52,811 bases of DNA from a virus (IMGVR_UViG_3300048850_000156:1-52811); one strand, 5' to 3'; positions 25,344 through 35,536 are shown, counted from the stretch's first letter. A program made the numbers and translations. The notes: generated by a model from the sequence alone, not told the origin.

Positions 25344-26282
25344 ATGTTCACCACCGACGCGCCCGCGCTGGCGCTAAACTTCCTGCGCACTGCGCAGAAC
25401 TACATCGAGCCGGGTATCTATGCTCGCCAGTATCCTGATTTCCAGTACCGCGAGCTCGTGCCCGTCGACAACTCGGCACCCGACTGGACCACCGCAATCG
25501 ACTTCTTCTCAATGGGCGATGACGTCGGTCAGGCTCGTGAAGTCTCTGCGGATGGCGATGACATTCCATTCGTTGACTTCAAGCTCGATAGCGGCAACAG
25601 CCGCGTGTTCATGGCTGGTATTGGTTACCGGTACAATCTTCAGGAGCTTGCCCACGCGCAGGCCTACGGCATTCGGTTGGAGAGTGATCGTGCCGACGCC
25701 GCTCGCCGAAAGTATGAACTGTTTGTGGACAATGTCGCGTTTTTGGGGCGCCCCAAGCTTGGCATGACTGGCTTGCTTAACGCCACAAGCGTCACGGCTT
25801 TGACCGCAGCGAACGGCGCCTCCGGCACAGCCACCTGGATGACGAAGACGGCGGATGAGATCCTCGCCGACGTCAACAGCGTTCTCAGTGTTATCTTTAC
25901 CGCCTCGAATGGGATTGAGCAGGCGAACACACTCCTCCTTGACCAGGATCGCTATGCCCTGATCGCGACGAAGCGCCTCGATGCAACGATGACGACGACG
26001 GTGCTCGAACATATTCAGCGTGCGAACATCTACACGCAACGCACTGGATTGCCTTTGACAATCCGCGCAGTGTTCGGACTGGAAACTGCCGGGGCCGGAG
26101 GAACGAATCGCTTGGCTGCCTATCGGCGCTCGCCAGACGTTGTGAAAATCCACATCCCGATGCCACTGCGCTGGCTGCAGGCTGAGCAGCGGCTGCTAAA
26201 ATTCGAAGTTCCGGGCATTTTCCGCCTCGGCAGCGTCGAAATCCGCCGACCTGGTGCCGTCCGTTATTTGGACGGGATTTGA
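25344..26282 (+). CDS. Major capsid protein (DUF2184 family)
   Basis: YNLQEL, AFLG...GLLN, C-terminal GSVEIRRPGAVRYLDGI. Confidence 0.9.
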   Translation: MFTTDAPALALNFLRTAQNYIEPGIYARQYPDFQYRELVPVDNSAPDWTTAIDFFSMGDDVGQAREVSADGDDIPFVDFKLDSGNSRVFMAGIGYRYNLQELAHAQAYGIRLESDRADAARRKYELFVDNVAFLGRPKLGMTGLLNATSVTALTAANGASGTATWMTKTADEILADVNSVLSVIFTASNGIEQANTLLLDQDRYALIATKRLDATMTTTVLEHIQRANIYTQRTGLPLTIRAVFGLETAGAGGTNRLAAYRRSPDVVKIHIPMPLRWLQAEQRLLKFEVPGIFRLGSVEIRRPGAVRYLDGI

Positions 26283-26293
26283 GGAGAACTGAA

Positions 26294-26662
26294 ATGTCCA
26301 GGATCACGATAACAAACAATCGCCCCGGAGGTTTCGGCATTCCGGGCGGCCCGGTCATCGCCGGCAACGGTGGCACACTCGAAGTCCAGCAGAAGGATTG
26401 GGACACCGTCAAAGATTATCCCGTCGTTGCTGCTTGGCTTAATGCCGGTCACCTGAAGGTTTCAGGCGCAAAGGCAGAGAAGAAGCAGGAAGCCGGGAAC
26501 GGCGGTGACGATGAGCCAAAAACCGCAGAGCAAGTTCTCTCGCTTCAGGGCGGTCAGTTTATGACCTTCAAGTCCGAGGCCGCGAAGCTGCTTGGTGACA
26601 AAACGCCTGCAACCAAAGCCGAGATCATTCTCGCCTTGGAAGAGCTTGCTACGCAACCATAA
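26294..26662 (+). CDS. Capsid-associated hypothetical protein
   Basis: 122 aa directly after the capsid gene; GAGGAG SD. Confidence 0.65.
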   Translation: MSRITITNNRPGGFGIPGGPVIAGNGGTLEVQQKDWDTVKDYPVVAAWLNAGHLKVSGAKAEKKQEAGNGGDDEPKTAEQVLSLQGGQFMTFKSEAAKLLGDKTPATKAEIILALEELATQP

Positions 26663-26708
26663 CAATCTGCCCGGCGGGAAACTGCCGGGCGCCCCCATTT
26701 GACCGGAG

Positions 26709-27206
26709 ATGACAATGGCCGCTAACGGTACAAAAGAAGGTTTCCAGCAATATGCTGAGGACCATGGCTATGTCATTCCCGATGGAACGACCGATGCGCA
26801 GATCGTAGCTGCAATGTTGCGCGGCTCTCTCGTGATTGATCGTTATGAACCCAAGTTTTCAGGCACACGGACGGGTGGATACAATCAAGAGCGCGCATGG
26901 CCGCGCACTGGGGCTGTGACCTATTACGGGCAGGAAATACCATCTGACGTTGTTCCTCAGCCAATAATCAACGCTTCTTACGAGGCCTCTTTCCTTGAAC
27001 TGATCAATCCAGGCAGTCTTTCGCCAGTCATCACAGGCAATTCGATTGCCAAGAAGGAAAAAGTCGGAGAGCTGGAAGTCGAGTATGCCGTTTCGAGCAG
27101 ATCATCGGCTGACGTTGTCGCAGCCGCTACTCCGGTCGTCACGATCATTGACGGTCTGCTCTGGCAGTTCCTTCGCCAAAATATCCCTTGGGCACTGGTG
27201 GTCTGA
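26709..27206 (+). CDS. Head-tail adaptor (DnaT-like annotated family)
   Basis: FSGTRTGGYNQERAWPRTG...KEKVGELEVEY. Confidence 0.78.
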   Translation: MTMAANGTKEGFQQYAEDHGYVIPDGTTDAQIVAAMLRGSLVIDRYEPKFSGTRTGGYNQERAWPRTGAVTYYGQEIPSDVVPQPIINASYEASFLELINPGSLSPVITGNSIAKKEKVGELEVEYAVSSRSSADVVAAATPVVTIIDGLLWQFLRQNIPWALVV

Positions 27207-27568
27207 TGGCCAGGTTCGATTATGCCCGCGCGCAAGCCACTGCGCTGCGTCTGCTCGACAAGTTCGGACAGGCTGGCGAGATATGGCGCGATGTACCCGG
27301 CGGAGGTCCTGTCTGGGATCCGGGCGAACCAACGATCCAGAAGACGCCTTGCACGCTGGCGGTGCTGCGGTTTGACAATAAGGACATCGACGGCACTCTG
27401 ATCAAGGCCAGCGACAAGAATGCCTACATTGCCGCCAAAGGCTTAGCGATTGTTCCTGTCACCACGGATAGACTGATGATCGGCGGAGTGTCTCATTCAC
27501 TTGTTCGTGTTATGCCGCTTAATCCGGCCGGAACCACTGTCTATTACGAGGTGCAGGCCCGAAACTAA
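27206..27568 (+). CDS. Head-closure protein
   Basis: FDYARAQATALRLLDKFGQ...IDGTLIKASD...PLNPAGTTVYYEVQAR. Confidence 0.75.
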   Translation: MARFDYARAQATALRLLDKFGQAGEIWRDVPGGGPVWDPGEPTIQKTPCTLAVLRFDNKDIDGTLIKASDKNAYIAAKGLAIVPVTTDRLMIGGVSHSLVRVMPLNPAGTTVYYEVQARN

Positions 27569-27634
27569 AAATCTGTTCATACCCTGTTAACAGTCAAAGG
27601 CGCACCTCTCAGCGCATTGTTAATAGGAGCTTCT

Positions 27635-27967
27635 ATGAAAAAAATCGTTTCTACATTTATCGCAGGAATCATGGCCGTCTTCATGGGCCTGACCTCGCTT
27701 GGTACGGCATCGGCAACGCCGTTCGCCTCCCAGGTTCCAGTGGCTTCGAACGTTGTGCAGGTCCAGCACAATGATAAACGCCGCTACGAACATCGGAATG
27801 AGAGAAAGAAGCGTTGGGATCGTCATGATAGGCGTCATGATCGGTATGAGACCCGTCGCGATCGTCGTGGCTACTGGAACGGCCACCGTGGTTACCGCGA
27901 ACAGCGCCGCGGCTACCGCCGTCACAATGACGGATATTGGTACCCATTGGCGATCTTCCGCCTCTGA
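27635..27967 (+). CDS. Moron: secreted His/Arg-rich (BA14K-neighbour-like) protein
   Basis: Signal peptide, VVQVQ, GYWNGHRGYREQRRGYRRHNDGYWYPLA; AGGAG SD; own terminator. Confidence 0.7.
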   Translation: MKKIVSTFIAGIMAVFMGLTSLGTASATPFASQVPVASNVVQVQHNDKRRYEHRNERKKRWDRHDRRHDRYETRRDRRGYWNGHRGYREQRRGYRRHNDGYWYPLAIFRL

Positions 27968-27993
27968 AATCTAGTCCACTACTCTGAGTAGCT

Positions 27994-28020
27994 AAAGGCG
28001 GTCCTTGTGGGCCGCCTTTT
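27994..28020. terminator. Bidirectional intrinsic terminator
   Basis: AAAGGCGGTCC-TTGT-GGGCCGCCTTTT. Confidence 0.7.
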
Positions 28021-28073
28021 GTATGGGAGAGACCGATGTTCAGATATGCTCCCATCCCTAAGAAGTTCATCTG

Positions 28074-29120
28074 ATGGCAAGCAACCGCAGTATCTTCGAG
28101 CAGCTGCTCGACAAGTACGACGCAACACTAGTTGAAGCGTTCTATCAAGGCATCGACGCGATCAAATCGCAGATTACCCTTCGCATAGTGGTCGAGCGCC
28201 TGGAGAAAGGCGACATCACAGGAGCGATTGAAGCCATACAACTGGAAGGTGAGGCATTTACCGCGCTGGAGCTGGCGTTGCGGGATGCCTACAACTCAGG
28301 CGGTACCAGCTTTGTCGAAAACCTGCCCAAGCTGAAGGATCCGGAAGGCAATCGGGTGATCTTCCGTTTCGGCGTCCGTAACCCCGAGGGCGAAGCCTTC
28401 TTGCGCGATCATTCGGCGCAACTTGTGACACGTATCGTTGACGATCAACGCGTCGCGGTTCGCCAGGCACTTGAGACAGGTCTATCGGAGGGCAGGAACC
28501 CTCGGTCGACCGCTCTCGACGTTATTGGACGCGTCAGCAGGGTTACCGGCAAGCGGGAAGGCGGCATAATAGGACTGACGGCACCGCAGGAGCGTTTCGT
28601 TGCCTCGGCGCGTGCCGAACTACTTTCGGGCGATACCGCGCTTGTGCGCAACTATCTGACAAGGCAGCGGCGTGACAAACGTTTTGACGGCACCGTGTTG
28701 AAGGCGATCAACGAAGGCAAGCCAGTTCCTGCCGAGACCGTCTCTCGCATGGTCGGCCGCTATTCAGACCGGCTGCTTCAGCTTCGCGGAGAAATGTTCG
28801 CCCGGACAGAGACTATGATGGCGATAGGCACTGCCCGCGACAATGCCATGCGTCAGCAGATCGACAACGGCAAGGTCGCTGTTTCCGATGTGCAGAAGAT
28901 ATGGCGATCGGCCGGTGACGGCCGGGTCCGACACACACACCATGTTCTGAACGGCAAGGCGATCGGGTTCGATGGTGCTTTTCAAAGCTTGTCAGGGGCA
29001 CGCCTGCGTTACCCCGGCGATCCGGATGCGCCTATAAACGAAATATCGGGCTGCCGCTGCCATCTAGAATACAAGGTCGATTATCTCGCCTCGGTCGTTC
29101 GAACGTATGGAATAGTCTGA
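28074..29120 (+). CDS. Minor head morphogenesis protein (Mu gpF/SPP1 gp7-like)
   Basis: ARTET, KIWRSAGDGRVRHTH..LNG, YPGDP...ISGCRC. Confidence 0.85.
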   Translation: MASNRSIFEQLLDKYDATLVEAFYQGIDAIKSQITLRIVVERLEKGDITGAIEAIQLEGEAFTALELALRDAYNSGGTSFVENLPKLKDPEGNRVIFRFGVRNPEGEAFLRDHSAQLVTRIVDDQRVAVRQALETGLSEGRNPRSTALDVIGRVSRVTGKREGGIIGLTAPQERFVASARAELLSGDTALVRNYLTRQRRDKRFDGTVLKAINEGKPVPAETVSRMVGRYSDRLLQLRGEMFARTETMMAIGTARDNAMRQQIDNGKVAVSDVQKIWRSAGDGRVRHTHHVLNGKAIGFDGAFQSLSGARLRYPGDPDAPINEISGCRCHLEYKVDYLASVVRTYGIV

Positions 29121-29566
29121 TGGCCAAGCTATCGTTCAGTGCCCAAGTTGCAGCATTCGCCGAGAAGATCCCGGGCGCGGTTGAAGCGATTTTCAAGGAA
29201 GCGGTGCAAGAGGTTGTATCCGAAATGCAAACGCCGGTTGCCGCAGGCGGGCGGATGCGGGTTGATACCGGGTTTCTCAGGGCATCATTGATGGCCTCGA
29301 CTGCATCGATGCCCACGATCTCCTCCGGGAAAGTACCCACAGGCGGTAAGGCTTATTCCTATGATGAAGGTCAAATCGAAGCGGTCATCCTTGGCGCTGA
29401 TGTCAATGACACTCTCTACTTCGGGTATACAGCTGCCTATGCCGGACATCGGGAATATGGCTCGAATGGTCAGGCACCGGACGCCTTTGTCCGGTCAGCC
29501 GTGCAGCGCTGGGACAGTATCGTGGAAGCGAAGGCGAACGAGCTCAAACGTCGCTTGGGTCTTTGA
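29120..29566 (+). CDS. HK97 gp10-like tail completion protein
   Basis: RVDTGFLRAS, YAGHREYGSNGQAPDAFVR. Confidence 0.8.
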   Translation: MAKLSFSAQVAAFAEKIPGAVEAIFKEAVQEVVSEMQTPVAAGGRMRVDTGFLRASLMASTASMPTISSGKVPTGGKAYSYDEGQIEAVILGADVNDTLYFGYTAAYAGHREYGSNGQAPDAFVRSAVQRWDSIVEAKANELKRRLGL

Positions 29567-29753
29567 TCGCAACGTTCTTGTCGATGCTCTCATCCATTGC
29601 TTTCAGCAAACCCATCTGAAGCAGGGCTAACGCCTGTTTGGCAGCCTTCAGGCTTGTATCGCCGCGAACGGTTTGGCCTTCCTCCTTGCCGAGCGCGAGA
29701 AGGGCAGTGTGCAGTCTTTCATAGGCTTGATCGTCACTGAGTTTATCGGCCAT
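29544..29753 (-). CDS. Small antisense hypothetical protein
   Basis: 69 aa helical ORF filling the gap between tail genes; weak SD. Confidence 0.45.
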   Translation of the reverse strand: MADKLSDDQAYERLHTALLALGKEEGQTVRGDTSLKAAKQALALLQMGLLKAMDESIDKNVAIKDPSDV

Positions 29754-29772
29754 TGCCGGAAGGACTATCACG

Positions 29773-30189
29773 ATGGCCGCAACTGTTGAAGCCACAATCG
29801 CCGAGCTGCTGTTCACCAGGCTTACCTCATTGGTGGTATCGCCGGTTTTGCCCGTGGCCTATCCCGGTTTGGCATTCACACCTCCGACCGGTGCTTACCT
29901 TCGCGCCGATTTCATTCCGAACCGGACCGATAACCTCGGGCTCGCCAATGATGCCACTGCCAGGCATCAGGGCATTCTGCAGGTCATGGCGATCTATCCA
30001 GCGGGGCAGGGCGTCATCAAGCCAACGAATACCGCGGGGCTAGTCGCCACCCATTTCGCCAAGGGAACAATCCTCCACGGCTCGGGTGTCAAGGTGAAGG
30101 TCTACACGAAGCCCTCTGTCGGCGCTCCGATGATTGAACCTGACAAGATCAGCGTGCCCGTCACCATTCTTTATCGCAGCTTCAACTGA
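29773..30189 (+). CDS. Tail terminator (DUF4128-like)
   Basis: VAYPGLAFTPP..AYLR...GILQV...PAGQG...VPVTILY. Confidence 0.78.
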   Translation: MAATVEATIAELLFTRLTSLVVSPVLPVAYPGLAFTPPTGAYLRADFIPNRTDNLGLANDATARHQGILQVMAIYPAGQGVIKPTNTAGLVATHFAKGTILHGSGVKVKVYTKPSVGAPMIEPDKISVPVTILYRSFN

Positions 30190-30251
30190 AACCCGGACAC
30201 TCCGGTCTAACCCGCCCCGATCCGGGGTTTTCATCGTGAAAGGAAAAACCG

Positions 30252-30743
30252 ATGGCCATCACCACGGCAACAGGTGCGAAATATTATATCGGCGGGACAA
30301 CCGCTATCGACTACACCACGGATGCAGGCGCTATCGCGGCATTCGAGGCCTTGACCTGGGTCGAGATCAAGGAAGTCGAAGATGGTGGCGAGGTCGGCGA
30401 CGAGTCTGCCGATGTGACGTTCCAGTCTCTTGGCGATGGTCGCGTCCGTCACCTCAAGGGTGCTCGCGATGCCGGTACCATTGCCATGGTTGTCGGCGAT
30501 GATCCTCTCGATCCCGGTCAGATCGCCATGCGGGCGGCTGAAAAAACGAAGTTCAATTATAACTTCAAGATCGAATACGAGGACGCACCAAGCGAACTCT
30601 ACGAGAACAGCGTGGACTACTTCCGCGGTCTGGTCATGTCGGCCCGAAAGAACATCGGGACGGGCGACAATGTGCTTCGCCGGACCTTCAATGTCGGCAT
30701 TTCAACGCCGATCCTGACCGTCGATACCGCTCTCCTTCCATAA
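30252..30743 (+). CDS. Major tail tube protein
   Basis: GEVGDE...RVRHLKGARDAG...DPLDPGQIAM...YFRGLVMS. Confidence 0.82.
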   Translation: MAITTATGAKYYIGGTTAIDYTTDAGAIAAFEALTWVEIKEVEDGGEVGDESADVTFQSLGDGRVRHLKGARDAGTIAMVVGDDPLDPGQIAMRAAEKTKFNYNFKIEYEDAPSELYENSVDYFRGLVMSARKNIGTGDNVLRRTFNVGISTPILTVDTALLP

Positions 30744-30795
30744 GCTTCAACGGCCGGTTTTACAGCCGGCCATCCTCTCCCCTGGAGTACTCCAC

Positions 30796-31212
30796 ATGAC
30801 ATTTGAACTGTCGCAGTTCGACGGTATTGCCGCAAAACTTGAAGAAGGCTTTGACCTAGACATCCTGCATCCATCTACGGGCGAAAAGACGGGCCTTGTG
30901 ATCAAGGTAGCATCCTATCGTTCGGAACGGGTGAAGCGCGTTCAGCGCCGCCTTGCCAATGCCGCCATTCGCGAGGGGAAGAAAAACCCCAAGAAGGTCG
31001 GCACGGTCGAAGAGATCGAAGAGAAAACCAACGAGATCGTGGCTGCTTCGGTGATCTCATGGAACCTGACGAACGGTGGCAAGCCAGTCGAATGCACGCC
31101 GGAGAGCGTGTTGCAGGTCATTTCCAACCCGGATTACTTCTTTATCTCCGAACAGATCGACAAAGCCGCGGATGAAGACGCGCATTTCGTGAAGCCCTCG
31201 CTGAAGAGCTGA
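30796..31212 (+). CDS. Tail assembly chaperone (gpG-like)
   Basis: Position between tail tube and tape measure genes; LHPSTGEK...VISWN. Confidence 0.78.
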   Translation: MTFELSQFDGIAAKLEEGFDLDILHPSTGEKTGLVIKVASYRSERVKRVQRRLANAAIREGKKNPKKVGTVEEIEEKTNEIVAASVISWNLTNGGKPVECTPESVLQVISNPDYFFISEQIDKAADEDAHFVKPSLKS

Positions 31213-31580
31213 TCGGCTTCGCGAGGGCGCACTTCACCCCGCGCCGCAAGAACGATCCGATGCCCGAAGCTCCGGAATATACCGATTATATCTGGGACTG
31301 GTTCGTTCAACTGCACAATTCCCGCGAAATCGGCTTCAGCGCCAACCCGATCAGCTTCCTCGAGGTCGAGGCGTTCTGCCGGATGACCGGCGCTCTCATC
31401 GATCCATGGGAATTATCCGTAATCCGCCGCATGGATCAGGCGGTCCTTGCGGTCATCAACAAGACCGGCAAGCACGAGCCAAGCGAAAGCCAGGCGACAC
31501 CGGCGGATGTACAGGAAGCCAAGCTCCGGATCAGGAGCGCGGCATCGAGCCGGCGCGTCGTGGAACGCAATAAAGGATAG
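31185..31580 (+). CDS. Tail assembly chaperone C-terminal extension (gpT-like, -1 frame)
   Basis: -1 frame is open from TTT at 31185 (FREALAEELIGFARAHF...MPEAPEY..WDWFVQL...PWELSVIRRMD). Confidence 0.7.
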   Translation, partial: FREALAEELIGFARAHFTPRRKNDPMPEAPEYTDYIWDWFVQLHNSREIGFSANPISFLEVEAFCRMTGALIDPWELSVIRRMDQAVLAVINKTGKHEPSESQATPADVQEAKLRIRSAASSRRVVERNKG

Positions 31581-31582
31581 TC

Positions 31583-33787
31583 ATGCCAGATATTGCATCA
31601 CTCGGGGTTGAAGCCAAAGCATCCGGCGTCGATCAGACTGCAAAGGCCCTCGATCGGCTGACTGGTGCTGCCAAGCGTGCCGAAGCCGCTACCGAGGCCA
31701 TAGGCCCAGTTTCGAGCCGAGCCGGTGCCATGGCGTCTCAGGCTGCCAATGCCCACGCCACGGCTCTCAATGCCGAAGCTGCCGCGGCAGCGCGCGCATC
31801 AGGAGCGATGAAGGCCCATGCTACTGCGGTAAGCGCAAGCGGTCGCCAGCTTGTCGGTGCGAACCACAACGTTGCAAACCTTGCGGCACAGTTTCAGGAT
31901 ATCGGCGTCTCCGCTGCTATGTCGATGAACCCGCTTCAGATCGCGTTGCAACAGGGTACCCAGATCGGTGCCGTGCTCGGTCCGATGGGCGCGGCAGGAG
32001 CGTTGAAGAACCTCGGCTCGGCCTTCCTCTCGATTATTTCTCCGGTCAGCCTTGCTACCATTGGATTGGTCGCTGCTGTTGCTGCGGGTCTGCAGCTCGT
32101 CAACTGGACAAAGCTCGGGGCTGCTCTCGTCGGGCTTGCCGACTCCCTTCAGGTCATTGCGCCTTACGCGATCGGTGCCGCTGCGGCGCTTGCCTTGCTC
32201 TATGCGCCTGCGATCATCGGCGGTATCGTTCAGGTCATCGCCTTGCTTGGCCGCGTCACTGTTGCTGCCGTCATCGCTGCCGGCGCTATGGCCGCTGCCA
32301 ACCCGAGCCTTGCCTTCATCCTCGGCATTACCGCTGCCGTTGCCGCTGCGAACATCTTCCGTGACGAACTGACCAAGGTATTCGGCGTCGATATCGTCAA
32401 GGCTGCAAAAGACGGGGTGAACGTGATCATCGGAACGTTCGTCGGTGCCTATCAGGGTATCAAAGCGACATGGAAGCAGTTGCCCGCCGCGATTGGCGAT
32501 ATCGTTTACCAGACTGTCAACGCAACGATCAAAGGCGTTGAATCCATGATCAATTCGGTTGTTGGGCTGATGAATACCTATATCGGTTCCCTCTACAACA
32601 GCGCTGGCGGTCTTGCTTCGAAGTTCGGCGTCGATATTGGTTCCTTCAAGGACATCGGACAGATTTCGTTTGGCGGTGTCGACAATCCCTATGCGGGTGC
32701 AGCAAACTCCGTGAATGCCGGGATTTCCGATGCGATGAAGTCCGCCCAGGGCACAGACTATGTCGGCAACTTCGGCACAGCCATTGCAAACGGTGCCTCA
32801 ATGGCATCGGACAAGCTGAAGGAACTCTCGAAGTCGCTCACCGAAGTTGACGAGAAAGAGAAGAAGGGGAAGAAGGGCGGCAAGTCCGGCGGCAAGACAG
32901 ATGCGGAGAAGTATTCCGATATCGTAGCCGGGGCAGAACGCCGTATCGCCTCGTTGAAAGCCGAACAGGCTGCTGTAGGACTTACGGAGGAAGCAGCGGC
33001 CAAACTCCGCTACGAACAGGATCTTCTCAATCAGGCGCAGCAAAAGGGCATCACTCTTGCCGCAGCTCAAAAGAATGAGCTGTCTGGTCTTGCCGCAACG
33101 ATGGCATCGACCGAAGCCGCGACCAAGAAAGCGCAGGAATCACTCGACTTCGCCAAGGATGCGACGAACGGGTTCCTCTCCGATATCCGGTCGGGTCTCG
33201 CGAACGGTGAAGGCTTCTGGAAATCGTTCGGCAATGCCGCGATGAACGTCATCGACAAGATCACCGATAAAATTCAGAACGAATTAGTCGATGCGTTGTT
33301 CAGTGCGAGCGGTGCGGGCGGCGGAGGAGGCTTCAATCTCCTTAGCCTGTTTGGTCTTGGCGGTGGCTCGGCGTTTTCTGTCACACCCGGCGCTGGTCTG
33401 TTCGCATCGGGCGGCTATACCGGGAACGGTGCAGCAAATCAGGCTGCCGGCATCGTTCATGGCGGTGAGTTTGTCTTCTCCAAGAAGGCAACGGCACGTC
33501 TCGGCGTCGGTAATCTGGAGGCCATGCACAACAGGGCCAAGGGTTATGCCAACGGCGGGTTTGTTGCCGGCAATTCAAACGCACCGATATCGAGCGCCGG
33601 CAACTCCAACCAGACACAGGGCGTGCACGTCACAGTCGGCGTATCCGTCGACAAGAACGGAAACCTGCAAGCCTATGTGCAAGATGTGTCACAGAAGGCA
33701 GCAGGAGCCACCGTCGAGCATTATGACCGTCATATACTGCCGGGCAGCATAGCCCGAGTCCAAGACGATCCACGCCGGGTAGGATAA
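31583..33787 (+). CDS. Tail tape measure protein
   Basis: NLAAQFQDIGV...IALQQGTQI; Ala-rich; C-terminal FASGGYTG...AGIVHGGEFV. Confidence 0.92.
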   Translation: MPDIASLGVEAKASGVDQTAKALDRLTGAAKRAEAATEAIGPVSSRAGAMASQAANAHATALNAEAAAAARASGAMKAHATAVSASGRQLVGANHNVANLAAQFQDIGVSAAMSMNPLQIALQQGTQIGAVLGPMGAAGALKNLGSAFLSIISPVSLATIGLVAAVAAGLQLVNWTKLGAALVGLADSLQVIAPYAIGAAAALALLYAPAIIGGIVQVIALLGRVTVAAVIAAGAMAAANPSLAFILGITAAVAAANIFRDELTKVFGVDIVKAAKDGVNVIIGTFVGAYQGIKATWKQLPAAIGDIVYQTVNATIKGVESMINSVVGLMNTYIGSLYNSAGGLASKFGVDIGSFKDIGQISFGGVDNPYAGAANSVNAGISDAMKSAQGTDYVGNFGTAIANGASMASDKLKELSKSLTEVDEKEKKGKKGGKSGGKTDAEKYSDIVAGAERRIASLKAEQAAVGLTEEAAAKLRYEQDLLNQAQQKGITLAAAQKNELSGLAATMASTEAATKKAQESLDFAKDATNGFLSDIRSGLANGEGFWKSFGNAAMNVIDKITDKIQNELVDALFSASGAGGGGGFNLLSLFGLGGGSAFSVTPGAGLFASGGYTGNGAANQAAGIVHGGEFVFSKKATARLGVGNLEAMHNRAKGYANGGFVAGNSNAPISSAGNSNQTQGVHVTVGVSVDKNGNLQAYVQDVSQKAAGATVEHYDRHILPGSIARVQDDPRRVG

Positions 33788-33791
33788 GCTA

Positions 33792-34445
33792 ATGGCGCTC
33801 GTTTATCCGCTCTCGCTCGCTGCATTCTTTGACAAAGTTCTCGTCAAGGACTGCAAGCTCAAGATCGATGACAATCAGGAAACGACCGGGCTTGGTTCCG
33901 GTGAGATACTGACCGCCCAAAAAGCACCTCCGGCTTGGCTCGGTTCGGTGTCTATGAGGGCTTCGCATGACGAGGTTGCCGAAGTGCAGGCTCTCATCGA
34001 GGCTTTGGACGGGTCCATCAATTCATTCTACCTCTACGATACCCGCCGAATTTTCCCGATCGCCTATCCGGACGGGGCAGGGCTTACGATCCCGGCCGGT
34101 GGCATCAAGATCAATTCGCTTGGTGCAAACAACAAGTCATTTTCGCTGAAGAACGCGATGGCCAATCAGATATTCTCTGTCGGCGATCTGCTTTCATTCG
34201 ATTACGGATCGAACCCGGTGCGCCGCGCAATGCATCGCGTGGTCGAGGCTTCTGTCGCCAGCGGAACAGGCGTAACTCCGGTATTCGAGGTGCGCCCGCA
34301 TTTCCGTGTCGGTGTTGCCGTCGATGTCGTCGTCACTGTCATCAAGCCAGGGGTCAAAATGCGGATCGTGCCGGGGACCTTTGACGAGGGCAGCGATACC
34401 GAAGTGACCACGACGCTTTCGTTCCAGGCGAGACAGACGATATGA
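33792..34445 (+). CDS. Distal tail protein-like
   Basis: Follows the tape measure gene; ALIEALDGSINSFYLYD. Confidence 0.65.
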   Translation: MALVYPLSLAAFFDKVLVKDCKLKIDDNQETTGLGSGEILTAQKAPPAWLGSVSMRASHDEVAEVQALIEALDGSINSFYLYDTRRIFPIAYPDGAGLTIPAGGIKINSLGANNKSFSLKNAMANQIFSVGDLLSFDYGSNPVRRAMHRVVEASVASGTGVTPVFEVRPHFRVGVAVDVVVTVIKPGVKMRIVPGTFDEGSDTEVTTTLSFQARQTI

Positions 34446-35113
34446 AAGACCTCGATACAGCCACGCGCGACTATCTGCGCAGCCGCAGGGCCTTCATTCG
34501 GCACAACCTGTTCTGGATCACCGCAAAGAACCGCACGACCGGCGGCGAAGAAAGCATGGGCTTCTGGGATGGCTACGACAATCTGAACATTCCTGTCGTT
34601 TCCAGCATCACCGGAACTATCATCAACCGGGATTACTTCGCCTTCGGTTCGCTGCTTGGCGTCAATCCCATCCCGCTTGTGTCGGATCTTTCAATTCGCA
34701 ACGTGACGGTCTCTCTCAGCCATTTGAGCCCGGAAGTGCAGGACGCGTTTCGCCTGTATGATCCTCGCCTTGCTCCGGTCGAAATACATCGGGTCTTGCT
34801 CGACCAGGATACCATGCTCCCGATTGGCCCGGCACATCCGCGGTTCATTGGCTTTTTCAACGAAGCGCCGATCGAACGCCCGGCAGTCGGAGGCGAGGGC
34901 GGCATCTCCGTCACTTGCGTTTCGCACACCAGGCAGTTGACCAAGACCAACCCGGGCAAGCGGTCCGATGAAACGCAGAAGCAGCGCAACGGTGATCGGT
35001 TCCGCAAGTATTCGACCATCGCAGGCGATGTCTCGTTTTGGTGGGGAGAAAAGAAGGGCAGCACGGCCGGCACGACCGTCAAGCAAATCAACGAACTCTA
35101 CCGCCGCGGATAA
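34442..35113 (+). CDS. Tail tip/hub component (DUF2163-like)
   Basis: KRSDETQKQRNGDRF...WWG; position in the tail-tip module. Confidence 0.65.
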   Translation: MKDLDTATRDYLRSRRAFIRHNLFWITAKNRTTGGEESMGFWDGYDNLNIPVVSSITGTIINRDYFAFGSLLGVNPIPLVSDLSIRNVTVSLSHLSPEVQDAFRLYDPRLAPVEIHRVLLDQDTMLPIGPAHPRFIGFFNEAPIERPAVGGEGGISVTCVSHTRQLTKTNPGKRSDETQKQRNGDRFRKYSTIAGDVSFWWGEKKGSTAGTTVKQINELYRRG

Positions 35114-35119
35114 TCATTC

Positions 35120-35536
35120 ATGATCAAGCTTTCTTACTGGCGTCCGTCCCTGACGGCGTACCTGGTGCAATGCCGCGCACGTCCCTTCAAGTGGGGTGAG
35201 CATGATTGCGCCCTGTTCGTCTGCGGCGCTATCGAGGCAATGACCGGCGAAGATTTGGCCAAGCCCTATCGTGGCCGCTACAGGTCAGCAGCGGGCGGAC
35301 TAAAGCTGATCAAGAAGGATGGCTATAAGGATCATGCCGAGTTCGCCGCGGCGTTGCTAACCGAACTCGACCATCCCTCGCAAGCTGCAGCCGGTGACAT
35401 CATTGCCTATCAGGTCGAGGGCGGTACCGGCATTGCGCTCGGTATCGTCAACAATGATCGCTCCTATGTGTTGGCGCCCGACGGCATCACGACCGTTCCC
35501 ACCTTGAGCGCAGTCCGCCTCTTCAGGATCCCTTGA
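35120..35536 (+). CDS. NlpC/P60-like tail assembly protein
   Basis: PFKWGEHDCALF...AMTGED...RGRYRS...AAAGDI. Confidence 0.75.
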   Translation: MIKLSYWRPSLTAYLVQCRARPFKWGEHDCALFVCGAIEAMTGEDLAKPYRGRYRSAAGGLKLIKKDGYKDHAEFAAALLTELDHPSQAAAGDIIAYQVEGGTGIALGIVNNDRSYVLAPDGITTVPTLSAVRLFRIP

